Positions 31,258 to 36,185 of a stretch of DNA of 36,185 bases are shown in pieces (the first letter of the stretch is position 1; each line of letters opens with the position of its first letter). Position numbers and translations under genes: made by a program. A model generated the notes under the pieces. It saw only the letters and a list, made by a program, of their open reading frames with translations. It did no database searches and was not told the origin of the DNA. The stretch comes from Nemertoderma westbladi (Eukaryota > Animalia > Xenacoelomorpha). The stretch covers positions 1 through 36,185 of the forward strand of contig JAUCBJ010006379.1 in assembly GCA_032718475.1 (NCBI GenBank), given 5' to 3'.

Positions 31258-33125
31258 TGCCTTCATGATTCCTAACTATCCTGGGTTGAAACTTTAGATT
31301 CTCTCTATCGGAGATGCTCAGGAAGTGACGCTTTATCGTAGCCCCATGTTAAGGCTCATGTTGATGCTCAGGAAGTGACGCTTTATCGTAGCCCCAGGTT
31401 TAGGCTGAATCACCAGCCGATCGCCTCAATGGTTGGAAGGCCCACTTTGAAAAGCTCCTCAATAATGACAGGGTATTGCCTGATAACTTTATAGAAGTAA
31501 AAGTGTCTGAGTCTGTACTCCTAGATATTCCCATTGGTGATATCTCCTTTGCAGAAGCGAAGGCTGCTGCAAAGAGCATTAAGACCAATCGTGCCAGTGG
31601 AGTTGATGGTGTTCCCCCTGAGGTCTTTAAAATACCTGAGTGTTTAAAGCTCATCTATCCCATCATAGTAGACATGTACCGAACAACAAGAGTCCCACAA
31701 GAAATGAAAACAAATAAGTTGGTGCCAGTTCCCAAGAAGGGCAACCTAACACTCTATGGTTCTTTTCGGGGAATCTCATTGATCTCGATTGCTGCAAAGC
31801 TATACAATAGAATTCTATTAAATTGCATTAGGGATCCCATTGAGAGACTGCTCTGTGGAAATGAGAATGGGTTCCGTAAAGGTCATGGGACCATGGAGCC
31901 CATTTTGGCACTTAGAAGGATAATTGAAGAGTTATCAAAAAAGAAAGACAGGCATCTGGCTGTTATCTTTGTTGACTTCTTCAAGGCCTTTGATTCAGTC
32001 TCTTGCTCATGAAGTATGTTCAGCATACTTTCATTATATGGGATTCCTGATGAAATTATTGCAGCAATCAGATCAGTATACGATGGTTCGACAACATTTG
32101 TCTACTGTTGACGGTGACACAGAACCATTTGAAGTGTTATGGGGCGTCCTCCAGGGAGACACACTTGCACCATTCTTGTTCATAATTGTTGTTGACTATG
32201 TTCTACGCATGTCCTTAGATCATCATAATGATGATGGGGTGATGATAACTCCACCCACTGGCTCCAGAAGTCGAGGAAATCCTGCCAAGTACCTAACTGA
32301 TTTAGACTTTGCTGATGACTTAGGAGTACTTTCAGAATCACTAGAGGGAGCCCAACGGCTCCTCAGCTCATTAGAACATGCTTCTTCTAGTGTTGGTCTT
32401 TTTATTAACTCCAGAAAGACCAAAATTTTTACAGTTAACTTTGAAAGTCCTCAGCAAGTCTCTGATCGGATGAGCATAAGCTCAAAAGATGGTATGCTTG
32501 AGCATGTGGATGACTTCTGTTACCTGGGATCATGGATCCGAAAGTCAGGTGAGGACCTTCGAATACGTAAGGGAAAGGCATGGGCAGCCTTGAATAGGCT
32601 TTCCAGGATTTGGAAGTTACCGAGAATTAATCGGAAACTTAAGGTCCGATTATTTAAAGTAGCAGTAGTTCCAGTACTCCTCTATGGGAGTCCATGCTGG
32701 GATCTAACTGCTGAGGACACCAAATCTCTGGATGGCACATTCACAAGAATGTTACGCCGGGTTCATTGTGTCAAGTACAATGCACACATCTCCAACCAGA
32801 CACTATATAACATTGGAGGTGTCTCATTGGTTCCCATAAGCTTGACACTAGAACAAAATCGCCTCTGCTTTGCAGGACATTGCTTTCGCCGTGAGGACCA
32901 GCCAGTGCATAATCTTGTACTTTGGCAGCCTCATGGAGTGAATAAGCATGGTAGACAGCCCATGACTTTCTTGAGACGCATCTTAAAAGGACACTGGCCT
33001 TTAAGATGCGGATGATCTAGCAAATGTCATGGGTGCTAGGGAGTTGTGGCGGTGCAATTTTGTCAAAAAGCCGGCACAGCATTTTTAAAAATGCAGCTGC
33101 AATGCAGCATGCCGATCGTAGTAGT
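31258..33125 (+). mobile_element. 5'-truncated RTE-clade non-LTR retrotransposon inserted antisense into LINE-2 ORF1
   Basis: RT fragments on +, no endonuclease. Short (TAG)n tail at 33119-33125, also seen in the second copy at ~34951-34968. The flanks rejoin as ORF1 ...ADAIFNP/STW.... Confidence 0.88.
31476..33015 (+). pseudogene. RTE reverse transcriptase, frameshifted
   Basis: PVPKKGNL, FRGISL, NGFRKG, DFFKAFDSV, GVLQGDTLAPFLF, DFADDL, YLGS, LLYGSPCW, FAGHCFR, LVLWQP...GRQP. Confidence 0.92.
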
Positions 33126-33949
33126 GGATTAAAGATAGCATCGGCGCTTTCTTCAGAATGACACACAATATGGAAAGCAGTGAAAGGCTGCTGCTGAGTT
33201 GGAAGAAAACCGTTGTTCTGAGATTGCTCCAACTTGAATACGTGGTCGAAAGGTATCTTCTTCTCTTTGAGATGGAGTTTCACCTTCTCGGGAGTATTTT
33301 CGGGTTTCAGCCGACCGACTCTGATATGGTATCGGGGGGCGGCCCTCGCTACTGCTTCGAGGCCTGCAGAGGTTTCCGAACCTCCCGAGCCTGTTGCTAT
33401 GACTACTGGCTGATGAGCTGATACTCTTTTCGGGTTCTGGTTTCCCGGGCTGGTGGCCGAGGTAGCATTCCGGTGAGACTTTTCTGATTGAGGGTGATCG
33501 GGTACTGTACTCGGCTGACTCTGCAATCGACCACGTACCCTCCTACGTTTGGATGGATCTATCCATTCGTTTGGTTGGGGATCGGAGATGTTCGGATCAT
33601 CAGGATCGATGTTGGGATTTGAACCAGATGAAGCTGAGGTTGGAATAGAAACGGTAGACACAGGCGGTGATGGCTTACTGCCGCTAGGGCGTGGTGTCGA
33701 TTTCGGCTGCATTTTCCCACCTACTTCACCTCTAATACGGATAGTTTTATGGTGAGCTTGCACTGTCTCTTGGCGAGCATCTGCTATTCGGCCAACGGCC
33801 ATGGTAAACAGAGCGCTCATCTTAGATAAGGAATCGGTTATTGACTTCTCCTCATCGATTGACATGCTTTTCTTTTGCTTCGTTGTGCGGACCAGCGCGA
33901 GAACCTCACTTTGCAGAGTTAGGTAATCGTCCACACAGGACTCCATCAT
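33126..33949 (-). pseudogene. LINE-2 ORF1 (coiled-coil N-terminus, low-complexity linker, RRM-like C-terminus), interrupted by RTE
   Basis: MMESCVDDYL...VIATGS...IRVGRLKPENTPEKVKLHL...FTAFHI...AIFNP. The last ~35 aa of the supplied 33017..33982 ORF are antisense RTE 3' sequence. The true C-terminus resumes at ~31256. Confidence 0.78.
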
Positions 33950-34521
33950 ATAATTAATATAATTAATCAATAAATCAATCAATTAATAAAATAATTCCCG
34001 GTAGGTATGGCAGTGCAGTTTTCCCGGTGCATTGTCAAATAAAAGCTTTCATTTTTATTATTGACAGATTATTAACTTACCCAGAGCTGAGTCGGGCCTT
34101 GCGCTTGCAGTTGTATTAGAGACCACCCACTGATGATAATACTCTGACTGATAATAATCGGATTTTGTGTGTTATTATTAGATAATCACTTCTCACCTTT
34201 TCCTTTGTGTAGCTTTAGTTTAGAGTCATTATGAAATGGCAACGTTCTGTATGAAGGCGTCCTAATTATAGTTCTATAGTAGTAGTTAGTAGCTGGGTCT
34301 GTTACAGGGCAAGAGGCATCTATTAAATGGCGACACTCTGTCTCGAACGAGTTCGGTATACTGATGAAATTCACATTAGACGGCGCGGCCTATTTCTAGT
34401 AGCTGGGTCCGAATTCAAGGGCGATAGTAACTGAAAAAAAATTACAATATAAGGCTCTGGCTCTGTGCTAACAGAGTCGACATATTTGGGTGATTTTATG
34501 ATTATGTAATTATTATTTATC

Positions 34522-34782
34522 GAGACAGGGGGGGGGGGGGGGGGGGGGGGGAACTGGACGCAAAACTTACCTTGGCGAATTAATATCCCGCCTCAATGTT
34601 AAATTCTCAATTTAGGGAAAGGAGCAGGTTACAGTTGCACGTTATTTTAACCAAAACAATTAATTAAATTCATGATAGAACAGGTTACAGTTTTATTTTT
34701 GAGAGTAATCATCTGTTATTTGCGTCGAATTCCCAATGGAGAGGGATGCATTTTTATTGCGTGCAGTTTCCCCCCCTATCTG
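34522..34782. mobile_element. ~260-bp MITE, GAGAYAGGGG family, copy 3
   Basis: Colinear with copies 1 and 2; ends GAGACAGGGG...CCCCTATCTG. No TSD visible. Confidence 0.85.
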
Positions 34783-34950
34783 GTACATTGAAACGGTCGA
34801 AATTGCGGGTTTAAGTAAGCACGGGAAGCCAATTTTGAAAATCGGCTGTGATTGGCTGCTACCGACGTCACTACGCAGTGCTCCGATAATTTCTTATATT
34901 GTTTTATATGGAGGGTGATTTTTCGATTGATTTAAATACACATTTAATCT

Positions 34951-35513
34951 CTACTACAGTACTACTAGGATAGGCATGCTGCATTGCAGCTGCATTTTTA
35001 AGAATGCTGTGCCGGCTTGTCGACAAAATTGCGCCGCCACAACTCCCTATCACCCATGACATTTGCTAGATCATGCATCTTCAAGGCCAATGGCCTTTAA
35101 GATGCGTCTCAAGAAAGTCATGGGCTGTACGGGGAGACGGTACGGGGAGGGGGGGTACAGTACAGAGGGAACGGTATGGGGAGGGGGGTACGGTATGGAG
35201 GGAACGGCATGTTCTTAGCATTCTTGTAAATGTGCCATCCAGAGATTTGGTGTCCTCAGCAGTTAGAGCCCATCATGGACTCCCATAGAGGAGTACTGGA
35301 ACTACTGCTGCTCTAAATAATCGGACCTTAAGTTTCCGATGAATTCTCTGTGACTTCCAAATCATTGAAAGCCCATTCAATGCTGCCCATGCCTTTCCCT
35401 TACGTATTCGAAGGTAGATATTCGAAGACCTGACTTCCGGATCCATGATCCCAGGTAACAGAAGTCGTCCACATGCTCAAGCATAGGCCTACCATCCTTT
35501 GAGCTTATGGTCA
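34951..35513 (-). mobile_element. Second, short 3' fragment of the same RTE family
   Basis: The reverse complement matches ~32955-33125 (at 34951-35128) and ~32470-32755 (at ~35217-35513). The intervening RTE sequence is replaced by G-rich repeats. Confidence 0.9.
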
Positions 35514-35837
35514 TAATCTTTTTATTATTTAATTATCATTTAATCTCAATCCTTTCATCTGTGCTTATATCAATTGAAAGCGGAGAGTCTTGCACGTCTT
35601 TTAACACTACAATTAATTTAATTCATGGAGATGAATATGATAAAATGAATCAATTCAAAATTATAAACTCGCAGATTCAAGCGATGCAACTAGTATACTA
35701 TTGTACTAATATCCACCTATTGCGATGCAGTATTGCTGTATTGCAGCTTAAGTTCATTAAGTTGAAATGGGTACGGGTCAGCTATGAGGCGCCGTTAACG
35801 CCAAAAGGTCAGCAATAATATTAAAGTTATTATTTTG

Positions 35838-36185
35838 TTACATTTTTTCAGCTCTTTCATTTGATGTCATTTTCGGCCGAAATTTAGACCGAATTTTCGG
35901 CCGAAATTTCGACCGAAATTTCGGCCGAAATATTTTATTACATTTTTTCAGCTCTTTCATTTGATGTCATTTTCGGCCGAAATTTCGGCCGAAATCTCGA
36001 CCGAAATATTTTATTACATTTTCAGCTCTTCCAGTTGATGACATTTTCGGCCGAAATTTTCGGCCGAAAATGACATCAAATGAAAGAGCTGAAAAAAATG
36101 TAACAAAATATTTCGGCCGAAATTTCGGTCGAAATTTCGGCCGAAAATGACATCAAATGAAAGAGCTGAAAAAATGTAACAAAAT
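35838..36185. repeat. Palindromic tandem array of TTTCGGCCGAAA-containing units, running off the window
   Basis: TTACATTTTTTCAGCTCTTTCATTTGATGTCATTTTCGGCCGAAA occurs three times on + (35838, 35938, 36014) and then inverted (GACATCAAATGAAAGAGCTGAAAAAAATGTAA) from ~36060. Confidence 0.85.

Larger units (their letters stand above)
25050..34133 (-). mobile_element. Second APE-type non-LTR retrotransposon, decayed and split into three pieces (25050-25780, 29248-31256, 33126-34133)
   Basis: ORF1, APE and RT fragments are colinear on the minus strand once the two inserts are removed. The candidate 5' end is an Inr-like TCAGT at 34133-34129. The 3' end is missing. Confidence 0.85.

Noticed and set aside
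4035-33015. Prokaryotic RT systems (retron, DGR, group II intron)
   Set aside because: All RTs carry eukaryotic LINE (APE-RT) or BEL/Pao signatures, with no template/variable repeat pair or operon structure.
34186-34435. Exon-like stretch after a TTTTTTCAG acceptor on the minus strand
   Set aside because: All frames from the acceptor hit stops and no domain is recognisable.
34825-34872. CCAAT boxes and a GACGTCA (CRE-like) site as a promoter
   Set aside because: Short motifs next to a MITE with no associated gene; likely TE-derived or chance.

Overview
This is AT-rich eukaryotic DNA, most likely from an invertebrate animal, made almost entirely of transposable elements and satellites. I can see no host gene, RNA gene or CRISPR array. 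Retroelements: (i) a full-length APE-RT non-LTR retrotransposon (3875-8435, minus strand) with an intact ORF2 and frameshifted ORF1, inserted with a 6-bp TSD into a Tc1/mariner-type MITE; (ii) a 5'-truncated, decayed BEL/Pao LTR retrotransposon (about 19550-25050); (iii) a second decayed LINE (about 25050-34133, minus strand) split by a 3.5-kb Helentron-like insert and by an antisense RTE element. The Helentron-like insert itself holds a P-like MITE, a further MITE and a zinc-finger ORF fragment. There are also 63-bp and 45-bp minisatellites and about ten non-autonomous DNA transposons with readable TIRs or TSDs (Harbinger, hAT, Mutator-like, P-like, Tc1). The most interesting signal is a set of TA-flanked palindromic micro-insertions (TAGGCCTA, TACCGGTA, TACAGTA). 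One is shown to be an insertion by comparing two RTE copies in the window, and together they look like accumulated excision footprints. All family assignments come from motif recognition only; no database search was run.
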